From: Eukaryota sp. GEM-RC1
Lineage: Eukaryota
Assembly: GCA_040285855.1 (NCBI GenBank)
Contig: JAUFOQ010000003.1
Span: forward strand, 2,356,001-2,420,000
DNA: 64,000 nucleotides
Direction of reading: 5' to 3'
Shown here piece by piece: positions 13,223 to 24,063 of this stretch. The first letter of the stretch is position 1. Each line of letters opens with the position of its first letter. A program made the translations under genes and the position numbers. The notes under the pieces were generated by a model. The model saw nothing but the letters and a program-made list of their open reading frames with translations. It searched no databases and was not told the origin of the DNA.

Positions 13223-14758
13223 ATGATACTCTGTCCAGTTTGTCATCGCCAGTTCAATTGCTCCAACAGACTACCTTTTTCTTGTTTGTAGCAAAGAACA
13301 CACCCTTTGTCAACCTTGTAGTTCTTCTAGTACGTGTTGTTTAATCTGCCATGAAACATCATCCAACTCTCAGATCAATATGCAGCTACTGGTGTTCTTA
13401 CATCACCATCAGTCTCTTGATTCTATTCGTCCCTCAGAACTTCTTTTCGATTCTTCAATTCTGGATCATCAAGACTCTGACTCTACTCTCTTTGATGCAA
13501 CCTGGCTGGGAAAGGAAGTTAGTGTCAGAGTGGTCTTCTATTCTGACATCGCTTCGAAACAATCTATACTTCAACACCTCTTTTCTCTCTCTCAACTTCG
13601 ACATCACTACCTGGCAAATATGTATGGAGTTTGTGTCTTTGGTTCTGGTCATGTCCTTGTTGTAACTGAAAGAGTCAAACCTCTACTTCCTTTGCCCTCC
13701 TCTCTCTCTTTAGAATCCTTGTCTTATGCTCTGGAAATCACTGAAGCCTTGGATTACTTACATTCCCGGAGTTTTATTCATGGTGATCTTACTCCACAAT
13801 CAATATACACTGTTACCGGTACAATTAAATTGTTTGGATATGGATTTCAACCAAAAATTACACAATTTAATTTTTCAAATTTTAGTGCACCTGAGGTCTT
13901 TCTAGATCGAGTTTTACTTTTCGAGTCTGATATCTTTAGTTTAGGTTTGGTATTTTTCGAGTTATTCTTTGGTCAATTATCGTCGTTCCATTTAAATAGT
14001 CGAGATTCCTATGAACAGCGGCTTACCAATACCTTTCTGCAGTTTCCACCAACAGTGCCAAAAAGTCTGAAAAATTTAATAGTTTCATGTTGTAATATCA
14101 GTCCGAGTAAACGACCAAGTTTAAAACATGTAAAATCAGTTTTGAATCAATTGTCTGCTGATTTTGTTCTTAATTCAACTGCTGATAGTATTGTTTTCGC
14201 TCAGTCGGTGTCTACTTCAAAGAGAATTCGTATATTAGAAAAGGCCGTTCAACAACAAGTAGATCGAAGAAATGAACTTGTTTATAAAAATGGAATGATG
14301 TCTAAGGAAGTTGACCAATGTCAAGAGAAAATTAGCCACTTGTTGGAGGAAAATCAAAAATTAAAATCTGATTTGGAACATTTTAATATGTCTTTTTCTG
14401 AGATTCAAGTGTTGAATTCTCAACTTTCTTTGCACAAACAAGCGTTCAAAAACAGTTTGACAAATTAAAAAAACATTTTGTAATTGAATTCTCCAATTTT
14501 CAACAATTAATTAGAGGCCAATGTCAATTAATTGAAACTGATGTCAATGAATTACTAGTTTGTGACTCACACATTTTCCATCAAATTTTAAAAAGTCTCT
14601 TACTTCATTTAGAAGAGCTCAAGTTTCGATCTGAAGAAAGACCAATCATTCCAGTTAATCCACCGGAAACTCCGAGACCAATCATTTCTACTACTGAATC
14701 TGGCGAAGATCGACGTAAGCGATTAAAACAATTTATTGATACGCTTGAAAACAAATAA
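13223..14758 (+). CDS. RING finger + pseudokinase + coiled-coil protein (frameshifts at ~13277 and ~14450)
   Basis: N-terminal CPVC..C..H.LC..C..C..C. Kinase fold has HGDL, APE and SDIFSLG, but LFG replaces DFG and no VAIK lysine is evident. Frames rejoin across T5 and A5 runs. Confidence 0.7.
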
Positions 14759-14852
14759 ATGTAATTTATAGTACAAAAGGAAAATTAAAATATTGGAGAA
14801 TAATAACAAAATTTACATAACATACATAAAGATAATGACTCTAAACTGACAA

Positions 14853-17800
14853 CTATCCCATAGAGAAATAGTTTGATGATTCAGATAGAACGCTAGAGAG
14901 GGCATTCTCGTGAGGACCTGTACCAATATGCTTCAACAAAATATCATCCACGGCAGCTTTCCTGGTAATGAAAGGGAATTTAAAGCCAGTATTGCTTAAT
15001 CTAGTAACTCTATTGGCATTTAAGGCAGTTTCACGTACTAGATCAGCGGCTACATCAAAGGGAAGCACACTACCTGAATAAAGAGGACCAAAATTAGGGA
15101 CAGAGTTATCCTTGGTATGAATCAGAATCCTAACCATTTTGTTGAAAAGTGGCGTTATAATGATATGAACGAAGTTGAACTGAGAAGTTATGGTATTAGG
15201 TTGGTAATCACTGCCAGACTCATTGAAAACTATATGAACAAAATCATTTCCAATGTGCTTTTTCTTATGAATTTGTTGAGGATCTTTTGGATTGGTAGGC
15301 ATGAGAGTCTGAACGTGATAGATTACTTCATTTTGAGCGTCTGCGTAGTAAACAGCTCTTGATCCAGTAATACCATATCTATCAAGACCACCAAGGAAAC
15401 CCGTGTGGCTTGTAATGTCAATAAAACAGCCTAGACAATTCAAAAAATCATCAAATAATTGGGATCCAGCATCATTCGACAAGATTTCATTCTGGGTATT
15501 TTGACCGGGTCCAACGTAAACAACTCCTAGTTTGGAGCACTCACGATCTGGAATAGAATCTAAATGTTTTAGAGATCGAGCAAACTTCGTATCACTGTTC
15601 AAAGTGAAGAAGAATGGTTCAGCTTGAAGAAGATCCATGAGCCACAGAAATTGCCTAGAAGTTGAAATATTTGAAAAGCTCTGATCCCAAACCTTTGGAA
15701 TAGCACAAGGAGAAAACTCGTGAGATATTGGTCCTTTCTTACGTGGTAGTTTGGCCATTTTAGACAATGACGCTGCCCATAGAGAAGCAAAAGAAGTTGT
15801 CTGGGGATAAGCCTGGGCTCTGGTAAAGAGTTCGTTAACTGAAGGTAAATCGTAACCTTTAGAGTCGTTGAAATAGCAAAGAATAGTACCAGCAATCAAA
15901 TCATGAGTGGAAATATTGAGTGTTGATTCTCCCACCAGTTTAAAACTCAAAGACTTGTCAGTAACTGGTGACTCATCACAGAGAAATTTAAAAAGCCAAC
16001 AAAGTCTACTACTAAAAGATCGTAACAAAAGTAGAGCACGATTCTCAGGGAGATCCATTGAGGAAACTAACACGTCATCATTGACTAGGAAGAAACGTAA
16101 CAAACTACGCAAGTCAACCGAATTCTCCTCCTTGCCGGTTTGATTGATCTGTTCTTGCCAAATCGAGAGATAGTTGAGCAAATCGACTTCAGAAATATCA
16201 CTACTCGACGATAATCTCAAGGACAAATCCTTAAATGACTTAAGAAGTTTACCTAACGGTGGATGTCCAACAAAAGAAAAGGAAATTCTAAGAACGGTAG
16301 ACAACAACGACAATGACGTATTCCTAATCAAAGATGCATACGTGTCTCTTGATTTATCTTGCGGCAGAGGACTATCTGTTTGTCCAAATCTAAAGGACTT
16401 TGGTTTTTTAACTGGAGGTTCTTCATCTTCTACTTGAGAGTAAGAACAACAAACCTTTAATAGTAATGGGATTAAGGGCTCAGTGTGGAGGACAAAATCC
16501 ATTGTGGAGTGGAGCTCAGGCCAGGCAATCATAATGTCGACTGTTCGTAGGATATGAGCCAAAAGAGGCAGGTTGCAATTGGTTTGACCCTGAAAAGGAG
16601 GGGGTGATTGGCATAACTTGGCGAGAGAAAACAGAACAAATCCAAACACTTGTTTGGAATTCTTGGATTTCATGCAAGAAATTAGAGATGGTCGGATTCC
16701 TTGGAAAAAATCTAAAATTCCAGAGAAAACTTCGATATCCCAAGCTTCTGGACGATTATTTAATAACGAAATCAACGAACAGATGATACTTAATGAAGGT
16801 TCAACAAGTTTCTGGTGACCACACGTGACAATATGAGCTGAAACTCGTAGTATTTGAGCGAGGACTTTGATAGTACCTAAAAGAACATCAAGATTCTTTT
16901 CAACTTTCAAACAAGAAAGTAAAATTGAATTGATGGCAATCAAAGCGTCATAAAAGGTCCTAATTCCTACCAACAAGGCAGCAGCATCTGATGGAAACTG
17001 AACAAGATTCTGGATCTTTTGAACAATCTCTAAAGTGAAATCATCCGAAACTGGTTCAGGTGCTGACTCAACAACAGGCTCCTTGACTTCCTTTGACTTC
17101 CAGAGGGGATTATTTACAGTTCTCTCAGAAGCAGTCGTGGTGACAGCTGTCACTGGTGCTTTAGAAGATCCTTCATGAAGGAAAAGATCGAGAGACAGTG
17201 ATTCAAAGGGACAATTAAACTCATTGGATAGAGGTTTTACATTTACAATACCAATAATAGTTGCTAATAAAGAAATACAATGATTTCTAGTCATTAAATT
17301 AGCTGGACTTCTGGGAGTGGGAAACGACAGCCCAAGATGACGTGAACATTGGAAAACAATTAAAGGAACAATTGGAATGATGATTTTGTGTAGGTATTCA
17401 GAAGATAGCAGGGTAGGAAGGAACGAGAGAAGAGTTCTGACTGGGAGATCTTCTGTTAACGAAGAGAGAACTTGAATCAGGGTGTGAATGAATATGTGTA
17501 AGTGAGTGGTAGGAATGAGTTTAACAGAAGGAGAAATAGGAGTATAGATCAAACAAAGAGATTTGATTGCTGCAGATTTGGCAGGTTGCGACACCGTGAT
17601 TGGTGATAAGAGCAATGAAAAACACCAACTGCCAAACAACTTAATCAAAGTATTGGGAGTGTAGAACTTAGTACGTTTTGAATACAATGAATTTTTGTTA
17701 AATTCAACAAATTTGGAAACGACTCCCGAGATAGTTTCAAAAACAACTTGACTAAGTTCCGCATCTTCAATAGTGCTAAGATCTCCAATAGAATACAGCA

Positions 17801-18770
17801 CTCTAAAGAACTGATATTTGATTGTGTCAGGATCACAATCAAACTGGATTTTCTTGACCCCCAGGCCACCAATCCAATTATAGCTCAAAGTAGAAGGTTC
17901 AGAGGTTAAAAAATCAGTTAAGTTATTGATTGCAAGAGACCATACTTGACCGGCAAGTCTTCTGGCTCCCACATCTACAGGTTTCCTCCATCCAATCACT
18001 TCTGATTGTTTTTGACCTGATGACAGTCGTTTTGATACCAACTCCTTCCCTGAAGTCCCAGGAGGATGTAGTGCACCTCCAGTGAAAGCAATCATCAATC
18101 GGGAAAACGTATCCCACAGCTCATAACTTCCTTCATCAATCTTCATCATAAAGAGAACATCAAACAGTGTAGGTAGTACTAAAGGACACATGGACCCAGC
18201 GTAAGTACTGGAGTTAGTGTAGGGTAAGCGCATGGAGAGATCACTAGCGCAGAGAAGAACACGTAAGATGACGTCAGCATTTTTAGAGGAAGGGAAGTGG
18301 ACGGTCATTTCCTTGTAGAAGTAGAGGACATCAGTTATGAGAAGTTTCTGGTCGTGCAAAGAAGCTTCCGCAGGTCCTTCTCCGCCTGTCCTTGGGTGGA
18401 AAGAGAGAAGAGTGAAGAGAATGATGTTCTTAAGAGTACCATTATCCCATTTTAACAAGGAAGGAGATGATGATGTGAGAATCCAAGAACGGAAGACAGA
18501 TAGAGCATCAATGGACAGCTGACGATCACTAGAGTCTGTGAATGGCAGACAAAAAGCACTTCCGAGAACAGATATTGTCCAGTTAGTTTGAGAAAGATCT
18601 TGCAACAGAGAATTGACGTCATCTGCTTGAGAAAGACATGATAGAACAGATGCGATAATGGATCTCTTTTGTTCTAAGGGAAAGGTGCGTAGGATATCCA
18701 GTTCAGGATCGACTTTGTCTAGAGAGGTGACTCTTTCCAGCCAATGAAATGGATTAGCTCCTAAATCCAT
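14853..18770 (-). CDS. RalGAP/tuberin-like protein with C-terminal Rap-GAP domain
   Basis: ~1300 aa; KLGVVYVGPGQ..EILSN, GFLGGLD, EVIYHVQTLMP, KKKHIGNDFVHIVF. First ATG at 18770 (ORF track starts at TTG 18812). Confidence 0.85.
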   Translation of the reverse strand: MDLGANPFHWLERVTSLDKVDPELDILRTFPLEQKRSIIASVLSCLSQADDVNSLLQDLSQTNWTISVLGSAFCLPFTDSSDRQLSIDALSVFRSWILTSSSPSLLKWDNGTLKNIILFTLLSFHPRTGGEGPAEASLHDQKLLITDVLYFYKEMTVHFPSSKNADVILRVLLCASDLSMRLPYTNSSTYAGSMCPLVLPTLFDVLFMMKIDEGSYELWDTFSRLMIAFTGGALHPPGTSGKELVSKRLSSGQKQSEVIGWRKPVDVGARRLAGQVWSLAINNLTDFLTSEPSTLSYNWIGGLGVKKIQFDCDPDTIKYQFFRVLYSIGDLSTIEDAELSQVVFETISGVVSKFVEFNKNSLYSKRTKFYTPNTLIKLFGSWCFSLLLSPITVSQPAKSAAIKSLCLIYTPISPSVKLIPTTHLHIFIHTLIQVLSSLTEDLPVRTLLSFLPTLLSSEYLHKIIIPIVPLIVFQCSRHLGLSFPTPRSPANLMTRNHCISLLATIIGIVNVKPLSNEFNCPFESLSLDLFLHEGSSKAPVTAVTTTASERTVNNPLWKSKEVKEPVVESAPEPVSDDFTLEIVQKIQNLVQFPSDAAALLVGIRTFYDALIAINSILLSCLKVEKNLDVLLGTIKVLAQILRVSAHIVTCGHQKLVEPSLSIICSLISLLNNRPEAWDIEVFSGILDFFQGIRPSLISCMKSKNSKQVFGFVLFSLAKLCQSPPPFQGQTNCNLPLLAHILRTVDIMIAWPELHSTMDFVLHTEPLIPLLLKVCCSYSQVEDEEPPVKKPKSFRFGQTDSPLPQDKSRDTYASLIRNTSLSLLSTVLRISFSFVGHPPLGKLLKSFKDLSLRLSSSSDISEVDLLNYLSIWQEQINQTGKEENSVDLRSLLRFFLVNDDVLVSSMDLPENRALLLLRSFSSRLCWLFKFLCDESPVTDKSLSFKLVGESTLNISTHDLIAGTILCYFNDSKGYDLPSVNELFTRAQAYPQTTSFASLWAASLSKMAKLPRKKGPISHEFSPCAIPKVWDQSFSNISTSRQFLWLMDLLQAEPFFFTLNSDTKFARSLKHLDSIPDRECSKLGVVYVGPGQNTQNEILSNDAGSQLFDDFLNCLGCFIDITSHTGFLGGLDRYGITGSRAVYYADAQNEVIYHVQTLMPTNPKDPQQIHKKKHIGNDFVHIVFNESGSDYQPNTITSQFNFVHIIITPLFNKMVRILIHTKDNSVPNFGPLYSGSVLPFDVAADLVRETALNANRVTRLSNTGFKFPFITRKAAVDDILLKHIGTGPHENALSSVLSESSNYFSMG

Positions 18771-18920
18771 TGAGATTGAGTCAGTTGAGATGTTGAAAAG
18801 AATTTTATCCAATAGTGAAACGAGCTACAACTTTTGCAAATTCATCAAGGAACTTCAAGGCCAATTTGCCTAATCTACCATATATGGAAATCGCAAATGG
18901 GACAAGTGAATATTCAACAT

Positions 18921-19176
18921 GAATTAAAATAATATGATGTGGATAATAAAACCAATGGTGTTGCTGTTGTGATACTGGGGTCAATTTTAATGTTATTTCC
19001 GCAATTAGTATGGATGTGATGAGAGTTGTTGTGTTTTTCCAATATAGTGATCAATGTTATTCCAAAATTAATTTCCACTCTTTGCATTGCAGCTGTTTAT
19101 AGTTACTGATGCGCACAAGACGAATTAGATCGAGTACATAGCAAAAATACAAGAATATATGCAAAGCCATATTGTA
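18921..19176 (-). repeat. Second copy of the 12775-13036 repeat, abutting the candidate omegaRNA
   Basis: Reverse complement aligns to 12775-13036; similarity stops abruptly at 19176. Confidence 0.9.
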
Positions 19177-19366
19177 GAAATTTTCGGTAGTCCTCAAACT
19201 GTGAAGTTCATTCCAAATGGATAATCCTCCCAAAGTAAATCCTGCTCCCACTTTGGTCATATCCATTTAGGCATCACAGACACGCTATGCTATGAGATGA
19301 TACGGTGAGATTGAGATAGCTTCATACACATAGCGCTGCCCGACCGTTTATGGTGGACTGATTTCT
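19177..19366 (-). ncRNA. Candidate Fanzor omegaRNA scaffold
   Basis: Directly 3' of the Fanzor stop. Nested stems CGCTATG/CATAGCG, CTGTGA/TCACAG, AAATGGATA/TATCCATTT, CCAAAGT/ACTTTGG, with closing AGTCC/GGACT. G-U extensions favour the minus strand. Confidence 0.65.
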
Positions 19367-22300
19367 TCAAGGGAGATCTTCTTCTTTTGACTGCCTTCGT
19401 TGGGGTTCCTCCTTTTCTTTTCTCGATCCAGTTTTAGGTGAACCCTGGTTTGACTCATCTAGCTGTGGACATGTTCGTATGTCGTGACCTGTTTGTCCAC
19501 ATTCTCCACACTCTCTTTCTTTACGAGTCTTTTTCACTGCAGTCTTTTTTCGATCTCTCTTCAAAGTAACATTACCACTCTCGAAATCAGTTGTTAAAGT
19601 TTTTGATCTCTCGAGAATAGATGGCCTAGCTTGACCTTTGATGGCGGCTTCGATAATGGAATAGATATTGATCGAAGAGTTGAGATCTCTATTCCAATAA
19701 GTCTTGCACCTTTTGCATTTCACCAGCCCCCATGGAGCTGACTTTGCTTTTACTTCTACGGACTTCTTTATCTTCTCCCACTCGTCTTCAAAGCTTCTCT
19801 TTTCGGTGGATCCTTACGGTTGTAGACCAGTACTTTTTCCTTGAGTTTCTTCTTCTTCCGTCTTATTTGACGCAGTCCTCTTGGGCCTAAAACTTTGATA
19901 GATGGATCATTTGTACATAATCCAAATAGTCCTTGAGCAGCACACTTTGAACAGGACTTGCTGGTACGGTATTCGTCAACTAGAAATACCTTATACCCGA
20001 ATTTTCTTAAAATTCTTCGGATTTCTGCTCCTCTAATAGCTGGAGTTTTACCTTTTCTTGTGTTTCCCTTAGAGCTCCAGTCCCCGTAACCAAGGACAAG
20101 GTCTTCTGGAGATCCATAGGTTAATTTAAACCTTTCCAACATATTCTTTTCACTCTGTTGATTGTTGGAATAAATTTGAAACTTCCTTTTCGTAAACCAA
20201 TCGTCTTCATAGAAATCACTCAGGTATACACAACTCCGTTCAGCTTCTTTGATGTAAGTCTCGAACTCATCACTGAAACAGGACCTTTGTTGTCCTCTAG
20301 AGACGGCAAGAGCAAATTCGTCGAGGATTTCTTGACCAGAAACAGTTCTACCATTAGAATTTTCGACTGTATAATCTTGGAGCGATCTTTCAGTTTCTGT
20401 TTTCGTAATTTCAAAGAAGGAAGTTTTTAGTTTTCTTCTTTCAGTCAACCGATATTTCTTGCTTTTTCGGTCATAAGATCTCTCCCCAGCACTGTACCTG
20501 AAGCTGGCCAAAAAGTGGTTTGGTTTCAGCCGTACTCGTTGAGATGGGGTTTGTCTCCATTGGTTCAATTGTTTTTTTCTTTTTTTAATACCACCTTTTT
20601 GTTTCAGTCTCATTTCTGAAGGTAGCCGTTTTTTCGTGGGATTGTTGTCCGAACAAGAAAATTCTTCAAATAATATCTCTTCATTTGTTTTTGGAGATAC
20701 GCAAAACATCAAGTCATATTCATTCGGGTCAATGCCAATTATTCTCTTTTCTGTCAGGTTCATTTTTTCAATGTCTTCCGAAGTTAAAGAGTCAATATAT
20801 CTTTCCGAAGCTGTTAGTGGTTTTGCGGTAAAGTCTTCAAAGGTGTTACCGTTTTCGTCCAGTAAATCTTTTCGAATCATAACCAAGGAACAGGAAATGC
20901 CATCTGTTACAATCGAAGAATACTTCAGACCAAATGATCGTGATGATGTAATAGCAGTTTCGGTAAGTACAGAGTCAAATACTTCCTTTCGAATAGCGTT
21001 AGCGGAACCTTTCAAATTTAAAACTCTTTGGTTTATCCAATCAGTATCTAATCTAATATGCTGTGGGACCAACGTCTTGGTCATTGGGAACGGATTATTA
21101 ACCTTTAAGGGTTTTCCATCAATTGAACAAAAAGACTGAATGGTTCTGTTGATATAAACAGCATGAGAAAGAAATTTTAGTGGCTTGGCTTTCTGAGCGT
21201 AGTAAAGATTCTTGCCTTTGGCAATGGTAGGGAACAAACAGAATTTCAAATAGGCAAAAAAGATTAAAGTCAATTCTGATTGCGGGAAGGGGGAAAATGA
21301 TATGATCATCAATTGGAATGTCTTCAAAGTTTCCATTAATAATCAGTTCTCTGATGGAATTTAATTTTGATTTCAATTCCTTCTTTAAGTGTTGCTCTTT
21401 AATTTGTTTAAGACGATAGTTCTTCAACGTAACAATGTTAAAGTAGCGAAAGACATAGTTGTGGAAGTATTTCGCCAAATTGTTAGCGTAATTGGTTTCA
21501 ATTTGTTTAGCCGTATAATGATAAATGCCTGACATAAACTCCAAATTCGGAAAAGAAATGTTGTTAGTTCCAATTTCATGAGACAGAGAGTCAAGAATTG
21601 GATAAAAATTATTACAGTAGTGTAATGCGATTTTTTGTTTCAAAGAATGATCAAATTTTTCATTTTGTAAAACTGCTTCTGCTTCTTTTTTTGACATTTT
21701 CAAATCGGACATACCGCAAGCCTTTTTTTTCTCTACATACATTCGTCGGAGAACGTGCCTTATTGATCCAAGAGCCAAAAAGGACTCAAATCTGGTAAGC
21801 GAACCGAAAAGTCTTTGTAATTATAGCAGATATTCCAATTCTCAGAAGACTCAGAATCATTTCCAATCATGGACAACGAAGGGTCATCGTGCAGTAACAT
21901 CAATTCTCTTTCTTTGACTATTGATTCAGCTTCGATTCTTCCAAAATCTTCAAATTCACGTAGAAGCAAATGCTTCAAGAAGGTGGTTCCTCTCACAGTT
22001 GCTTTTTGATTTCGTTTAGAACAAATTTTAATTAATTGAATGTTTTCATAATCTCTGAAAACCTTATCCAATCCTTTTTTTACGACTTTAATCGGAGGGC
22101 GGTCTAAAACAAGCTGCATTTCTTCATCAAAAAAATAATTCTTCAATTCGGACAACATCTTAATTTTGTTCAGCAAATCTTCAACCAGAGAGTTGCGTTT
22201 TCTATCATCCATCCATAACTTGAAAGTCTTAATATTTTGAGCAAGCAAAGTAAACTCCCTCTCCCGTTCAGGGCTAACCGTTGACATGTTTAGGATTTTT

Positions 22301-23142
22301 TTGAATTGGTTGAAGTAAGTTTTGAATTCAGTTGGTGATAGAATTAAATTTGGTATTGCCTTTTGAAACAATTTGGAACAAACATTTTCTAAACCTCTAC
22401 CACCTTTGAAAACATAAGTTGACTTTACAACATTTCCCATGTCAAGGGAAATAAATGGTCCAAATTCGCTTCGCTTACACCATCTATAGAACCAGATGGG
22501 AATAAAAGGCCTGAATGGCTCATCCACATTAAATGTGGTGGAGATGTTCCAAAGTTTACATCGTGCAATTAAAAACGGGAACAATAATTTTTCAGAGTTA
22601 TAACTTATAAGCAATCTAGGCTTTTTCTCGGACAGTAAAGATATAAGACCATTAATCATGACTTCTTCTGATGGAAAAGTAATTGTTTGAACACCATCAA
22701 AATCACTTGTTTCTTTGGTACTGATGACAACAGTAGAAACGAAATTGGTGTAAATAAATGTGAGGACAATAAGAATGATTTGATCATCCTCCGCATTTGG
22801 TACCAGCTCTGGCCTGGACACTTCAATTTCTTCACTGATTGTTGGAACTTCAGCAGCCTCTTGTTCTTCAGAAACAATTTCTGTTGAAGATTCTGTAGTA
22901 GTGCATTTCGGAAGAGATTTCTTCTTAACATTGAAAAGGAGTGGTGTAAGTCGTTCACTATCGGTAATGACCGTTTTAAAATCAATAAGGCAATACAGTG
23001 GGATGTCATCTACAGAAGACAGGTGAGACTTCTTAAGAGGCGGGGGAAATATAGTGTCACTATGGTTCTGAGAGGATAAACCACAAGGATAAAGTGTATA
23101 CTCCGGGCCGTGAACTACTTCGGAAAGACTGACAGGAGGCAT
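19367..23142 (-). CDS. Fanzor1-type RuvC nuclease fused to an N-terminal PolB-like 3'-5' exonuclease domain and a C-terminal CCHC knuckle (~1260 aa, 3 frameshifts)
   Basis: TDGISCSL, IIGIDPN (RuvC-I, ~20730), GYGDWS, LVDEYRTSKSCSKC (~19970), CKRC..WNRDLNSSINI (RuvC-III, ~19690), CGECGQTGHDIRTC. ORFs 21760-23187, 21119-21778, 19768-21336 and 19367-19723 join by 1-nt shifts. Confidence 0.85.
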
Positions 23143-24063
23143 GGGAAGGAAATAACAATTGGCGACATTGTGATTCGTTCTCGTCACTTTCCTCTCGACA
23201 GGATTCAGTTTCCAACTTGATTGTTAGTTTGTCAACAGTTTACTTTCCACTTTACAACTCGGTTAATTTATGGCAAAACTTTGTCTCCTTCTCTAGATGC
23301 TGTGTACAACTATCCCACCTCCTCTCAAAAATTTTAGTCATTATACCTCACTCTCTCAGAATATCTGCATGTTAGTTTCATTCACGATTCTATCTTTTAA
23401 GATGCGCCTTTTCCGGTCTCTATTCAGGCCACAATGATCAGAAGTCTTTTGCCAGAAAGTCAAGACTCGTCTTCCTTTTAGAAACACTCAGTCCCCATCA
23501 TCAGGTCTTCCTTTGTTCCTACTTTTACTTCATTTTGACTTCTCACAAACACCTTGAAAACAAGTGTGACTACATCCAGTCCTCTCTTTAAGCATTCTAT
23601 ATGACTGATTATTGCTACTGTGCGATAGACCAATGATATACAGTCTTAAAAACCCAATGGTTATATTACTAAACAATTGGAAATTGCAGAAGCAACTGCC
23701 TTTGCGAGACAAATATATCGGTAGGTAATGATCCCTATTTGCAGCACACATTGGTTGGTTCTAATTAAGAATATACAATATTTATCTCAGATATTTAAAA
23801 TCATATATGGGAAACACAACTTCAACTTACTTTAATGGAAGAAAGAAGCTACCTCGATTGAATACGAAGGAAGTGAAGTTCTGCACTAGATTGTACTTCA
23901 GATAACCTTAGGAAGGATAATGGCATGTATAAAAAGACACAACAGACCAAAAAAAGTCGAGATGGGGGGAATTGTTGGGGTGAGGAGACAAGGAGGGAAG
24001 GGGAATTAAATTCACACAACTGAAGAGAAACCTCACAGAAGCTTTTTTCGTTTTTGTATCTAG

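Noticed and set aside
20158..21139. Antisense ORFs over Fanzor and other long genes
   Set aside because: Shadow frames of real coding sequence with no recognisable motifs.
21760..23187. A genuine DNA polymerase B gene or Polinton/viral insertion
   Set aside because: Only the exonuclease-like part is present; no polymerase palm motifs, capsid or packaging ATPase are seen, and the same ORF runs into Fanzor N-terminal sequence.
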